Shown here in pieces: positions 38,576 to 48,700 of a stretch of DNA of 64,000 nt. The stretch is from Candidatus Delongbacteria bacterium (GTDB lineage: Bacteria > CAIWAD01). The stretch is taken from assembly GCA_963663545.1 (NCBI GenBank), contig OY760505.1, positions 2,016,001 through 2,080,000 on the forward strand, given 5' to 3'. The number at the start of each line of letters is the position of its first letter. The first letter of the stretch is position 1. A program made the translations under genes and the position numbers. Under the pieces are notes generated by a model. It ran no database searches and was not told the origin of the DNA. It saw only the letters and a list, made by a program, of their open reading frames with translations.

Positions 38576-40267
38576 CTATCCCAGGAAATCCAGCTCGCGC
38601 GGGCGATCGCTGCAGATCACTTCCAGGTTCGTGCGCATCATTGGCAGCATTTCAGCCAACCAACGACGAGCCATCACCGTCTTCTGCTGACTCACGCAGG
38701 CTTGATCGAGAAAGAGCCAGCCGACGTAAACGGCAATGGCCATGTCCACCAGACGGCGCGCCATCAGGTTGCGGTATTCTGTGTCACGGCCCTGCAGGTG
38801 CCCAATGGCCTCACGCAGCATCTCGCGTCCAACCTTTTGCCGCACATTCAGGCTGCGGATTTCGTCGGTTGTCCAGTTGCGATCCTCAAAGCTGTCCAGC
38901 AGCTGATCCATATCGCCGCGCAGCAGGCGGGGCAGTGCCCAGTCGATTTGAATTTGCGAAGTACCTTCGTAGATGTTCGTGATACGTGCATCGCGAAAGA
39001 GACGCTCGACGGGGTAGTCTTTCATGAAGCCGTTGCCACCGTGGATCTGAACCGATTCGCTGGCTACCTCATTGGCAATCTCAGCCGCGTAATACTTCAC
39101 CATGGGGGTCAGCAGATCAGCGGCGCGCGAGTACGTCTTCAGCTCCTGCTTGAGGTCCTTCTTCTCGGCAGCTTCCTGCATGTCCACGTAATAGCTGGTG
39201 GCGTAGAGCAGGCTGCGTGCGGCCTCGACCTTCATGCGCATATTGCTGATCATGGCTGCTACGGCGGGAATTTCGGCAATGGGCTTGCCAAACTGTTCGC
39301 GCTCACTCGCGTAGCGGCGACCTTCACGTAGCGCGGCTTCCGCCACACCAACAGCCTGTGCGGCGACACCCAGGCGGGCGGCGGCCATCAGCCAGGCCGT
39401 GTACTTGGTCAGGCCACGGCCGCGACGGCCAATGAGCTTGGCAGGTGCATTGTCAAAGTAGATCTCGCAGGTTGGGCTACCGTGGATGCCCAGCTTTTCT
39501 TCGATGCGACGAATCTGCACACGCTCGCTTTTGCGTGTTACAAAGAAGCTCAAGCCGCGACTGCCGCCGTATTTGGCGGGATCTTCGCTGCGGGCCAGCA
39601 CTAGCAGCACGTCGCCGCAGCCGTTGGTGATAAAACGCTTACTGCCCTTCAGCAGCCACTCGCCGGTCTCGGGATCTTGCTCTGCCTCGAGATCGGCCTT
39701 GGTGCGCACGGCTCCAAGATCGCTGCCGGCGTCGGCTTCGGTGAGAACCATCGCGCCGGTCTCTTCGCCGGTGGCCATCCGAGGCAAATACTCGGCGCAA
39801 ATGTCCTCGTCGGCGAACTGTTGAATTGTATCACCAATTCCCTGCAGGCCGAAGAAGTTCATCAGCGAAGCATCGGCGCGACTGATGATTTCGGTGGCGG
39901 CAGTGTAGAAGGTCTTGCTGAAGCCCATTCCGCCCCATGCCGGATCCAGCGTGATACCGGTGAGCTGCGCCTCGGCAAGATCGGCGAGATTGCGCTTGAG
40001 GCCTTCTGGAAAGACAACTTCACCGTCCACCAGACGGCAGCCTTCGGCATCCACTTCTTCGGCGCGCGGCGCAATGCGCTCGGCGGCCAGCGATCCCAGC
40101 GGATCACTCAGCATGTCGATGTTGGCTTCTTTGGCTTCTTCCAGGCTCTCGAAAGGACTCTCGGGCGCATCAATGTCGCCGCGAAGGTTCAGCAGGCTCT
40201 TCCAATCGACCATCTGCTCCATATGGAAGCGCAGGTCGGCATTGTCCAGGTAAAAATTGTCAGCCAT
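38576..40267 (-). CDS. Acyl-CoA dehydrogenase (long type with C-terminal extension)
   Basis: GAMVLTEADAGSD, GSKRFITNG, EEKLGIHGSPT, REQFGK, QIHGGNG, RDARITNIYEGTSQIQ. Confidence 0.93.
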   Translation of the reverse strand: MADNFYLDNADLRFHMEQMVDWKSLLNLRGDIDAPESPFESLEEAKEANIDMLSDPLGSLAAERIAPRAEEVDAEGCRLVDGEVVFPEGLKRNLADLAEAQLTGITLDPAWGGMGFSKTFYTAATEIISRADASLMNFFGLQGIGDTIQQFADEDICAEYLPRMATGEETGAMVLTEADAGSDLGAVRTKADLEAEQDPETGEWLLKGSKRFITNGCGDVLLVLARSEDPAKYGGSRGLSFFVTRKSERVQIRRIEEKLGIHGSPTCEIYFDNAPAKLIGRRGRGLTKYTAWLMAAARLGVAAQAVGVAEAALREGRRYASEREQFGKPIAEIPAVAAMISNMRMKVEAARSLLYATSYYVDMQEAAEKKDLKQELKTYSRAADLLTPMVKYYAAEIANEVASESVQIHGGNGFMKDYPVERLFRDARITNIYEGTSQIQIDWALPRLLRGDMDQLLDSFEDRNWTTDEIRSLNVRQKVGREMLREAIGHLQGRDTEYRNLMARRLVDMAIAVYVGWLFLDQACVSQQKTVMARRWLAEMLPMMRTNLEVICSDRPRELDFLG

Positions 40268-40295
40268 GATACGTCTCACAATTTGTAGCGGGCAC

Positions 40296-41240
40296 TTAGC
40301 CCAACAGGTCCAGCAGTTTCGGTATCACAACCGTCAGATCGCCAACGATGCGATAATGGGCCATCTTGAAAATAGGTGCAGCAGGGTCACTGTTGATGGC
40401 AACGATCATGCGTGCATCACGAATTCCCACCGCGTGCTGCACTGCGCCACTAATACCGCATGCGATGTACAGGTCGGGGCGAACCACCACTCCTGTCTGA
40501 CCGATCTGCCGTTCCGCGCTAACCCAGCCAGCATCCACTGAGGCGCGTGTGGCACCGATTTCACCGCCCAGGCGCTCAGCCAATTTCTGCAGTAGCGAGA
40601 AGTTCTCTTTTGTGCCCACACCTGCGCCGCCACCGATGATTACCTTGGCGTCCTTCAGGTTGACCGTCTTCTGCACAACCTCGCGGCGCTCCACCAGTAC
40701 TCTCAGCAGATCAGCATCCAGACCGGCGTCCAGAGACTCGACACGACCGGTTGTATCACCGCTTGCCGACTCGGCAATGCCGTCGGCCAAAGTGGCAACG
40801 GTACAACCATTTGCCATTGGCGCAAACCATGTGTGCGCGCGAGCATCGTACTCCAGGCGGCGGCAATGCAGGGCTTCGGCCTCCGGCTTGACGGCATCGC
40901 AATGCAGTGTGACACAAAGACCAAGCTCGCCAGCTACGCGCGGAGCGAGATCGTTGCCGATTGTAGAAGAGGGCAACAATACCGCCAGTGGCTGAAGCTG
41001 TGACACAAGATCTTCCAGCTTTTTCGCGTGGGGACGTGTGGTGTAGGGTTCAAGACCTTCGCCCTTGGCGGCATGGATCACGTCGGCCAGCGGAACACCG
41101 GCAGCCTCTGCGCCCAGTAGAATCGCGTGCAACTCGGCACCAGCCTGATCGGCTAGCTGGCGACCGCAGGACAGGCACTGCAGGGATAGATCGGTGACAC
41201 ATCCGCCGTCGTGCTCGACATAGACAAGAATCGCAGACAT
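40296..41240 (-). CDS. etfA: Electron transfer flavoprotein alpha subunit (FixB)
   Basis: GATRASVDAGW, QIGQTG..VRPDLYIACGISGAVQH, AINSD..APIF. Confidence 0.93.
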   Translation of the reverse strand: MSAILVYVEHDGGCVTDLSLQCLSCGRQLADQAGAELHAILLGAEAAGVPLADVIHAAKGEGLEPYTTRPHAKKLEDLVSQLQPLAVLLPSSTIGNDLAPRVAGELGLCVTLHCDAVKPEAEALHCRRLEYDARAHTWFAPMANGCTVATLADGIAESASGDTTGRVESLDAGLDADLLRVLVERREVVQKTVNLKDAKVIIGGGAGVGTKENFSLLQKLAERLGGEIGATRASVDAGWVSAERQIGQTGVVVRPDLYIACGISGAVQHAVGIRDARMIVAINSDPAAPIFKMAHYRIVGDLTVVIPKLLDLLG

Positions 41241-41242
41241 GA

Positions 41243-42040
41243 CTACCTCCCCAGGATATCCTGCAACATGTTCTTCAGCTCGGCCTCGTTTTCCGGGTCG
41301 ACGGTGATACTGTCAACCTGGCGCGGCGGCACGGCTTCGTGTGTCACAACCCGGGTGGTCACCTTGGTTGCCAGATCAGCAAGGCCAAGATCGGCAGCAG
41401 CCCACTCTTCAATGGGCTGTTTCTTCATCTTTAGCTTGAGCATGGCCTTGGCACTGCGCGGAGTACGGGGATCGTCCTTTAATAGGTAGACGCCCAGAAC
41501 CAGCACGGAGCCACGCGGCACCCGCAGGAATTCGCTTCCCATTTCCACTTCGCGCTTGCACAGGAATCCCTGCTCGTTTACTTCGCTTAACGAGTCGACA
41601 TAGCTGACTTGATCAGAGCCCAGGCGAGCGGCCAACTCTGCTCCCAGCAGGCTGTTCTCTTCTTCTGGAAGTGAAACCCCCAGAAGCACAACGTCGTACT
41701 CGCCGATTTTGCGAATACCGGCTGCCAGTAGCTCTGCCGTGGCCGCGGAGTCGAGCTGAACGCCTTCAGGGGGCAGTAGGCGATGAACCGCATCCACACC
41801 GCGATAAAGGCATTCGCGCAACACGTCCACTTCTGCGGGCTGTCCAACAGAAAGAACCGTGACACGGCCGCCGTGCTCTTCTTTCAGCTGCAAAGCCTGT
41901 TCAAGGCTGTTCAGGTCTTCGGGCTCAAATCGGTGAGACAGTACGCCCGGCACCAGGCCGCCGTCACTTCCCACCACATCCGTCGCCAGGTCTCGCGTGT
42001 CCCAGGCTTCGCGGACGATGACGATACTGTGAATCGACAT
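41243..42040 (-). CDS. etfB: Electron transfer flavoprotein beta subunit (FixA), divergent
   Basis: DLNSLEQALQLKE..GG.VTVLSVG, LRECLYRGVD and PR.P...K.KKQPIEEW. Lies directly upstream of etfA. Confidence 0.85.
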   Translation of the reverse strand: MSIHSIVIVREAWDTRDLATDVVGSDGGLVPGVLSHRFEPEDLNSLEQALQLKEEHGGRVTVLSVGQPAEVDVLRECLYRGVDAVHRLLPPEGVQLDSAATAELLAAGIRKIGEYDVVLLGVSLPEEENSLLGAELAARLGSDQVSYVDSLSEVNEQGFLCKREVEMGSEFLRVPRGSVLVLGVYLLKDDPRTPRSAKAMLKLKMKKQPIEEWAAADLGLADLATKVTTRVVTHEAVPPRQVDSITVDPENEAELKNMLQDILGR

Positions 42041-42095
42041 GGGATCGCTCCTGCTTGATCCTTGCTTGTCCTGTTAGCGGAATCTTCCGCTTGCT

Positions 42096-42398
42096 TCAGC
42101 CGACGCGGTACTTGACGCCTACACCGCCATCGGGAAAGTGCCACTCGATAGAGCCAGGTTCGCAGACCATCAGACAGGTTCCGCATTCCAGGCAGTTATC
42201 GTGTGACACGGTGATACGCGTCGAATCATTGGGGTCGACGCGATAGACACGAGCCGGACACAGCAGCACGCAGGGCTGCTCCGTGCAGCGACTGCAGATC
42301 TGCTCGTCCACCGTGATGTGCGGATGATCCGAGTCAGGCTCATAGCGCGTCCTGAACAGCCGGTCTTCCAGCGTGAGCTTGAATAGGTCCTCGCTCAT
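42096..42398 (-). CDS. fixX: FixX-type ferredoxin
   Basis: HPHI, C..C....C...CPA, CLECGTC...C, W.FP.GG.GVKYR.G. Confidence 0.9.
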   Translation of the reverse strand: MSEDLFKLTLEDRLFRTRYEPDSDHPHITVDEQICSRCTEQPCVLLCPARVYRVDPNDSTRITVSHDNCLECGTCLMVCEPGSIEWHFPDGGVGVKYRVG

Positions 42399-42405
42399 AT
42401 AGTCC

Positions 42406-43731
42406 TCAGATCATTTTGCGTGCCTTGAACAGCTTGCGCAAAGTGGCAAGCTTGGGCAGCTCGGCCAAGGCCCGCTGCCGGGCGCGTTTTTGTATCACGG
42501 CCTTCGGTTCGCCGGTCATGGAGAAATAGTCGACCAACAGGCGATTGGCCAATGTCGGCCACTCTTTGGTGAACTCGGGGAGTTCTTCCAGCAGTTTTCC
42601 CATGTCGGCGTACTTGCGCAGATCGTGAGCCGCGGTGCTTTCGCGCAGGCGCGTCTCGTAGCTCTGCAGCCCGGCCCGACTGAAGTCTCCGGCGGCGCGA
42701 GCGGCTAATACGGCCTGCGCGGCCAGGCGTCCTGATTCCATCGCCAGGTTGGTGCCTTCTTTGTAAACGGAGAAATTCACCAACCCCGCAGCATCTCCGG
42801 CAATCAGTAGGCCGTTGCCGCTGAGTTGCGGCATTGCGTGCCAGCCTCCCTCGGGAATCATGTGTGCGCTGTATTCCACCAGCTCGCCACCGCGAACCAG
42901 AGGACGCACCGTGTCGTGATTCATGAAGGCGTCCATCATTTCGACAGTGCCCAGTTTGTGCTCCTTGAGCGACTCGATACGGGCGGCAAAACCAATGCTG
43001 ACGGTTTCCTGTTGCGTGTAGACAAAACCTCCGCCGATGGCGGCGCCAAAGGGAGTGCCGAAGAAATCGACAGCAGCGCCTTGACCTTCTTCCAGGCCAA
43101 AACGGTCTTCAATCTGCGCCTTGCTCAGTTTGACCGTTTGCTTAATACCGACGGCGTATTCCTGAGCATGGCGACCCGGCGACATTTTTAACTCCTGCAT
43201 CGCCTTGCGTGATACAAGATTGTTGGCGCCATCGCAGAGGAGGATCACGTCTGCCAGGAATTCTTCTTCTGCACCGCGAATGCGCACGCCAGCGGCCTTG
43301 CGCGAGGCACCTTCGCCTTCGTAGAGCAACTCATCCACCACCATGCCTTCCAGTAGGCTGGCACCGGCCTCTTCGACTTGCGCGGCCATCCAGCGATCAA
43401 ATTGAGAACGGTGTACGGTCCAGGCGTGATTGTGTGGCGACTGCATCCAGCGACGACCCGAGAAATCGACGCCCAGGTGTCCTTCTTCAGTCAGGAAGAC
43501 AAAACGGCGTTGTGTCACAGGGCGTTCCAGCGGCGCGCTGGCGGCAAACTCCGGCAATAGCTCAGCAAGCACGGTTGTGTAGAGCAGACCACCCATGTTC
43601 TTGCTGCCCGCATACTCGCCGCGCTCCACAAGGATCACTTCCAGACCCTGGCGCGCCATTTCCAGTGCAGCGCTAAGACCGGCGGGGCCACCGCCGACAA
43701 CGATGGCGTCCACTTTTACCTGTTCGCTCAC
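42406..43731 (-). CDS. fixC: FixC-type FAD oxidoreductase (ETF:quinone oxidoreductase-like)
   Basis: VVGGGPAG, ERGEYAGSKNMGG, LERPVT, EYSAHMIPEGG, GDAAG, EGTNLAMESG. GTG start after AGGAG. Confidence 0.9.
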   Translation of the reverse strand: MSEQVKVDAIVVGGGPAGLSAALEMARQGLEVILVERGEYAGSKNMGGLLYTTVLAELLPEFAASAPLERPVTQRRFVFLTEEGHLGVDFSGRRWMQSPHNHAWTVHRSQFDRWMAAQVEEAGASLLEGMVVDELLYEGEGASRKAAGVRIRGAEEEFLADVILLCDGANNLVSRKAMQELKMSPGRHAQEYAVGIKQTVKLSKAQIEDRFGLEEGQGAAVDFFGTPFGAAIGGGFVYTQQETVSIGFAARIESLKEHKLGTVEMMDAFMNHDTVRPLVRGGELVEYSAHMIPEGGWHAMPQLSGNGLLIAGDAAGLVNFSVYKEGTNLAMESGRLAAQAVLAARAAGDFSRAGLQSYETRLRESTAAHDLRKYADMGKLLEELPEFTKEWPTLANRLLVDYFSMTGEPKAVIQKRARQRALAELPKLATLRKLFKARKMI

Positions 43732-43930
43732 AGCCAACTCCTAATAGTGATGGTTCGGACCAAAGGGCCCGCGCGGACTCGACGGTCCGCGAATGGAAGC
43801 AAACAAGTTACACAGCCTGGCACTGCCTCGCAAAGACACCTGTTATGAAGTGAACAGGGTTCAGTGCGGGGAAAGGACAAGCGCTTCCTTACCTTTCAGC
43901 GATCGTTTTACGTTTTCGACGGGAGTTTGA

Positions 43931-45193
43931 ATGAGCGAGAAGCTGATTCTGCGTCCGCGCATCTTCGGCAATTTCTGCACCGTTTCGCACCCCGCTGGCT
44001 GTTTTGCCAACGTACGTGAACAGGCGATTCGAGCCGCAGGGGCGCATCGGCAGAAACCGGGCGGAACGGCGCTGGTGTTGGGTTCCTCCATGGGGTATGG
44101 CCTTTCTGCGCGTATCACAGCCGCGTTCGGTTATGGCATGGACACGCTGGGTGTAGCGCTGTTGCATCCGAGCCAGCGACGCAGGCCAGCAGGCGGTGGC
44201 TGGTACAACACCGCAGCCCTGCACAGGCTTGCTACCGAGGCCGGTCTACACGCGAGTACTATCAATGGTGACTGCTTTTCGCGTGAAACTCTGGAGCACA
44301 CGCTGCAGCGCGTGGCCGAAGAATTGGGCCCGTTGGATTATCTGATCTATAGTGTGGCGGCGCCGCGACGCGTCGATCCCGACACGGGCGTAGAGTACCG
44401 CAGTTCGCTCAAGGTGCTGGGGGATCCTGTGACATGCCCGACCCTCGACTGGCGCACGGGCGAACTGGGTAGCATGGAGTTTGAGCCCGGCACCGAAGAA
44501 GAGGTTGCCGGTACTGTTGGCGTGATGGGAGGCGATGATCTGGCACGCTGGACGCGTGAGCTGCTCAAGCGCAACCTGTTGGCCGAAGACGCCCGGGTTG
44601 TGGCCTTCAGCTATATCGGCCCTTCTGTGACACACGCCATTTATCGTGACGGCTGCATTGGGCAAGCCAAGAAGCATCTCGAGTCTACGTGTCACCAACT
44701 CAACAAAGAGCTAAGCGAGGTTGTTGGTGGAAGCTGTCATGCCGTAGTTGCCAAGTCGGTTGTGACACAGAGTTCGCTGGCCATTCCTTCCATTACCCTC
44801 TACATCAGCATGGTGATGAAAATCATGAAACAGCAGGGTGTGCACGAAGATACACTGGATCAGATGATACGCCTCTTTGGTGATCACCTCGCGCCCGAGA
44901 GGGAGCCACAGCCGGACGAGGCCGGTCGCATTCGCATTGACGATTTGGAAATGGCCGAAAGCGTGCAGCGGGAAATTGTATCACGCTGGTCGCACCTCGA
45001 CACGCTGGATCCTGCCGTGGATTGCGACCTGGAGGGCTTCCGAGAGGACTTTCTGCGCATCTTCGGTTTTGGTGTTGAGGGTGTGGATTACGAAGAGCCG
45101 CAGCCCTTGTGGGTGCCGCTTTGTGGTCCGCCCGATCGCGGAACGACTGGAACACGCATCTTTCATGGACGACCTTTGGTGGAAGGTGTATGA
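43931..45193 (+). CDS. fabV: Enoyl-ACP reductase FabV / trans-2-enoyl-CoA reductase
   Basis: HPAGC, LVLGSSMGYGL, GWYN, YSVAAPRR, VMGGDD, SYIGP..T..IY..GCIG.AK (YX8K), FGFGVEGVDY. Confidence 0.9.
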   Translation: MSEKLILRPRIFGNFCTVSHPAGCFANVREQAIRAAGAHRQKPGGTALVLGSSMGYGLSARITAAFGYGMDTLGVALLHPSQRRRPAGGGWYNTAALHRLATEAGLHASTINGDCFSRETLEHTLQRVAEELGPLDYLIYSVAAPRRVDPDTGVEYRSSLKVLGDPVTCPTLDWRTGELGSMEFEPGTEEEVAGTVGVMGGDDLARWTRELLKRNLLAEDARVVAFSYIGPSVTHAIYRDGCIGQAKKHLESTCHQLNKELSEVVGGSCHAVVAKSVVTQSSLAIPSITLYISMVMKIMKQQGVHEDTLDQMIRLFGDHLAPEREPQPDEAGRIRIDDLEMAESVQREIVSRWSHLDTLDPAVDCDLEGFREDFLRIFGFGVEGVDYEEPQPLWVPLCGPPDRGTTGTRIFHGRPLVEGV

Positions 45194-45663
45194 GGGCGGT
45201 CATTCAGCGTGTGTCACGGGCAGAAGTCCGCTGTGTCAGCGGCAAGCATGACAGAATAGGTAAAGGCTACGTGGTGCTGGTGGGTGTGGCGCGCGGTGAC
45301 ACAAGCGACGATATTGAGTACATCACTACGAAGATTCCACAGCTAAGGCTGTTTCCCGATGCGAAAGGGGTAATGAATCTCTCGTTGCTGGAAATGCTTG
45401 TGCAGGAACCGACAGAGGATTCGCGTCCGGGGGTGCTGCTGATCAGTCAGTTCACGCTACTCGCCGAAACGCGAAAGGGTAGACGCCCCTACTACGGAAA
45501 TGCCGCCGACCCGGCTGAGGCAATACCTGTATACGAGGAAGTTGCGCGACGGTTGGAAGCGCAGGGAATCTGTGTGACGACGGGTGTTTTTGGTGATCAC
45601 ATGGATGTGGAGCTTGTCAACGACGGCCCCGTGACCATTCTGCTGGATTCGGCAAATCGTTAA
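45190..45663 (+). CDS. dtd: D-aminoacyl-tRNA deacylase
   Basis: MRAVIQRV, SQFTL, KGRRP, NDGPVT. ATGA overlap with fabV. Confidence 0.95.
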   Translation: MRAVIQRVSRAEVRCVSGKHDRIGKGYVVLVGVARGDTSDDIEYITTKIPQLRLFPDAKGVMNLSLLEMLVQEPTEDSRPGVLLISQFTLLAETRKGRRPYYGNAADPAEAIPVYEEVARRLEAQGICVTTGVFGDHMDVELVNDGPVTILLDSANR

Positions 45664-45697
45664 GCCGCTGTGACACACAGCATCAGACCTAAACAGC

Positions 45698-45726
45698 GAA
45701 TCCCCCGGGGGGAAGCCGGGGGATTC
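45698..45726. terminator. Hairpin between convergent genes
   Basis: GAATCCCCCGG-ggggaag-CCGGGGGATTC, an 11-bp stem. Confidence 0.65.
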
Positions 45727-45764
45727 TAGTTTCAGGAAAAGACCCGTCTAGAAGAGGGTGCTCA

Positions 45765-48700
45765 TCACTCAGCGACAGCAGTTACCTTGAAGCTACAAAC
45801 TTCATCTTCATGGGGCGAGATCAAACAGCATGGCTCACAACTTGTGGCCAACTCGTACCACACACCGTCCGCACCAGCACAATACAACCGATAGAACAGT
45901 GCGCCTTCCACTTCGCTCCAGCGGAGCTCCAACTCCTCTGAGTCAACAATTGACAGTGTCAAGCCGGGCGCTGTCAGTTGACGTACTTCATAGCTACACA
46001 CCTCGCTGCTGTCGGTATTACCCCAATTGTCACACGCTTCAACGAAGTAGCTAAGCATTTGACCTGCAGCAATAACTGGCAGTACCGCGGAATACTGGTG
46101 ATCTCCGTTGTGATACATGATGATTGTATCCCCCGACCCTTCACTGCTCCAGTGAAGGGATACAATCTCGAGCGAACTTGCATCGGAAACGAGTACTGTA
46201 ACATCACGAGAATCGGGAATGAATGTATCACCAAGACAGTCGAGAAGGATCACCGGGGGATCGCTGTCCGGGCTGCTGACATCGAGAAGCACGGGTATCA
46301 CATATGTCTGAATACGACCGGGTTCGTTGGTAACAATTGAAAGCTGACCAGAGAAAACACCACCACTCATGGTAGTGGCGTTCATGGTCAGAAGTAGTGT
46401 GTCCTGCTCACCCTGTGCCAGACTTCCGCTGTTCTGTGATACACTTAGCCAGGGGTCTTCATCGTTGTGCTCCAGCACGATGGCCATGTTTGAACACAGA
46501 TAATCTGTGTTGAATGCAATTTGTGTTCCGCAGGAGCCGTCAGCACTTTCTATGCCGATGGTGGCGCTATCCAGCGTGGTGCTTAACTCAGCGTACTGAA
46601 ACTCCACGCGACCATCCCTGTGCAGAATAAGTTCGAAAGTGTAGGCGCCGTCCTCATTGAAGCGCGGGACTTCGTCCCACTGAACAATGAAGCACTCGGA
46701 TCTAGATTCGTAATACACATCCCCGCCACTAGCTGGATTGAAGTCGTCCCACATGGGAGCAATCAGCGCGTTCAGTTCATCAGGCGTGGGAATCTGCTGG
46801 TTGGCGTACTCGTTACTCGTTGCAGTGAAACTCACCCAGCCGTTGGAGCAAACATTGACACGAGTGTATGTGTCACCGTAATAGTGAAAGGGAAAACCAA
46901 GTTCGAGCGGCCCCGAATTGGCGTCATCTTCAAGGGCTAGCGCTGTTCCGCTGACACTGATGTCGATGAAGGAAACAGTCGGGCCGTCGGGCTCGTTGGA
47001 ATCCCGCCACAAGTAGCCACCACCGTCAGCAATTGATGATCGTCCAGCAAACGCGGGAGTTCGCGGATCACGTTGGTCCTTGGCAAGTGCAAGCGGTTCG
47101 AATGGCTGCTCCCGGCTCTCACCACAAAGCGTGTTCTGGCTGACAAAAGCGTCCCAGGTCAGCGTTTGCTCGCCAGTGTTTTGCAGCATGAGTTGTGCCG
47201 TGACACTTGCGCCAGCGTCAACCTCGGCGTTGATTTGTGCAGGCTCGAAACTGAAGTGCGGGGGCGCTGGAGTGTAGAATACGGTGAAGCTCCAGGCTTG
47301 CTGCGTTTCGTTCGCATTGTGGTCACTGGCCGTAATACGGTACTCGATCAACCCTCCTGCGGATTGACCCGGAATGGATCCTGCCCAGGTGTTATCATCG
47401 GGCTCGAAGTCAACAACGGACCATTCGTTACCATCTACGCGGTACTCCAGTGATACGTCATCCAGGGCGCAATTGTCGTAGAGGTCGGCAATCACATCAT
47501 AAGGCCCGAGAGTATCGCTAGTATCACTGAGTGGCGTGTGTGTGATACATGGAGCCTCGCTGTCATTCTCGCAGGGATCAGGTGACAGAACACCAAACAG
47601 CTCATCACCAAACAGAGCGGCAACGATTTCATCGAAATCGCTTAACCCGGCCAACTCGAAAGAGACGGCTACGGATCGGATGTCGCCGTTCTGGTAGTAG
47701 CCACAGTTGTAGCCCGCTTCCTCGTTACTGAAAAGTAGGGTTGCTCCACTGGATCCAAGACGATCTATCCAGGCGTTGGCGCCGCTGTAGGAGTGGTTTC
47801 CGCTGGCTGGTGGCTGACCAACAACGGTGGACAGATCTCCAGTACCGTCGCTGTTTCCCGTGACACCAAACATGGTGCAGAACTCGTAACCCCCGTGATT
47901 CGGGTCATAGGCCCAGCAGTCCCCGCCCTCCATGTAGACGAGCCCGCCTTCTTGCATGAAAGTGGTGATTGCCGCTGCAGTGGAGCTGTTTTCTTCCACA
48001 ACGAAATTACGGCTGTAGATACCCAGCAGCACGATCAGCGCGTCGGTTTCTGCACCAAGCGCAACGCCGTCGAGGTCGTTTACGTTTTGTATCACGCCAT
48101 TGTAACCTGCGTCTGCCAACGCCGACTCCCAGGCATCTCCGTCTGAATACGTGCTCTCCGAAGGTGTCAACAGCACTATGCCGCTGGTCGCCGTGAGGAC
48201 AGTGAAACTCCAAACAGTCGAAGTCGCAGAGTTGGCTTCCGGAGACCCATCTGTGGCCGTGATGTAATACTCGACGACACTGCCGTCCGCCTGAGCAGGA
48301 ATTACAGCCGAATAGCTGCTTCCGATGGCCGACATGAGTACGGAGCCCCATAGCCCGCCGTTGCTTCTCCAGAAGAGCGTAGCGCATGCAATACCGCTGA
48401 TGTCGCTAACCTGCGCCGACACAGGCCAGGGTCCATTTCCAGCTTGATTGCTAAGTGGCGTGTGTTGTATCACGGGAGGCGTTGTATCCGGAGCGCCTCC
48501 GCTGATGGCGTCGATCAACTCCTCCATGTTCGGCATGTTGGAGATCGGTTTGCTGCCACTAGCGCTTGCCTGGGGTGTTCCCGTGTTACGCAGCAATGTG
48601 CGCATTTGCCAAGCATCAAGAACAGCACCGTCATAACGGCTCTTGTAAATGGCTTGCAAGGTGGCTAGTGCACCGGCAACGATCGGACAAGCGCCTGAAG

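Noticed and set aside
43818..43832. TGGCACTGCCTCGCA as a sigma-54 promoter for fabV
   Set aside because: The GG-to-GC spacing is 9 nt rather than the required 10.
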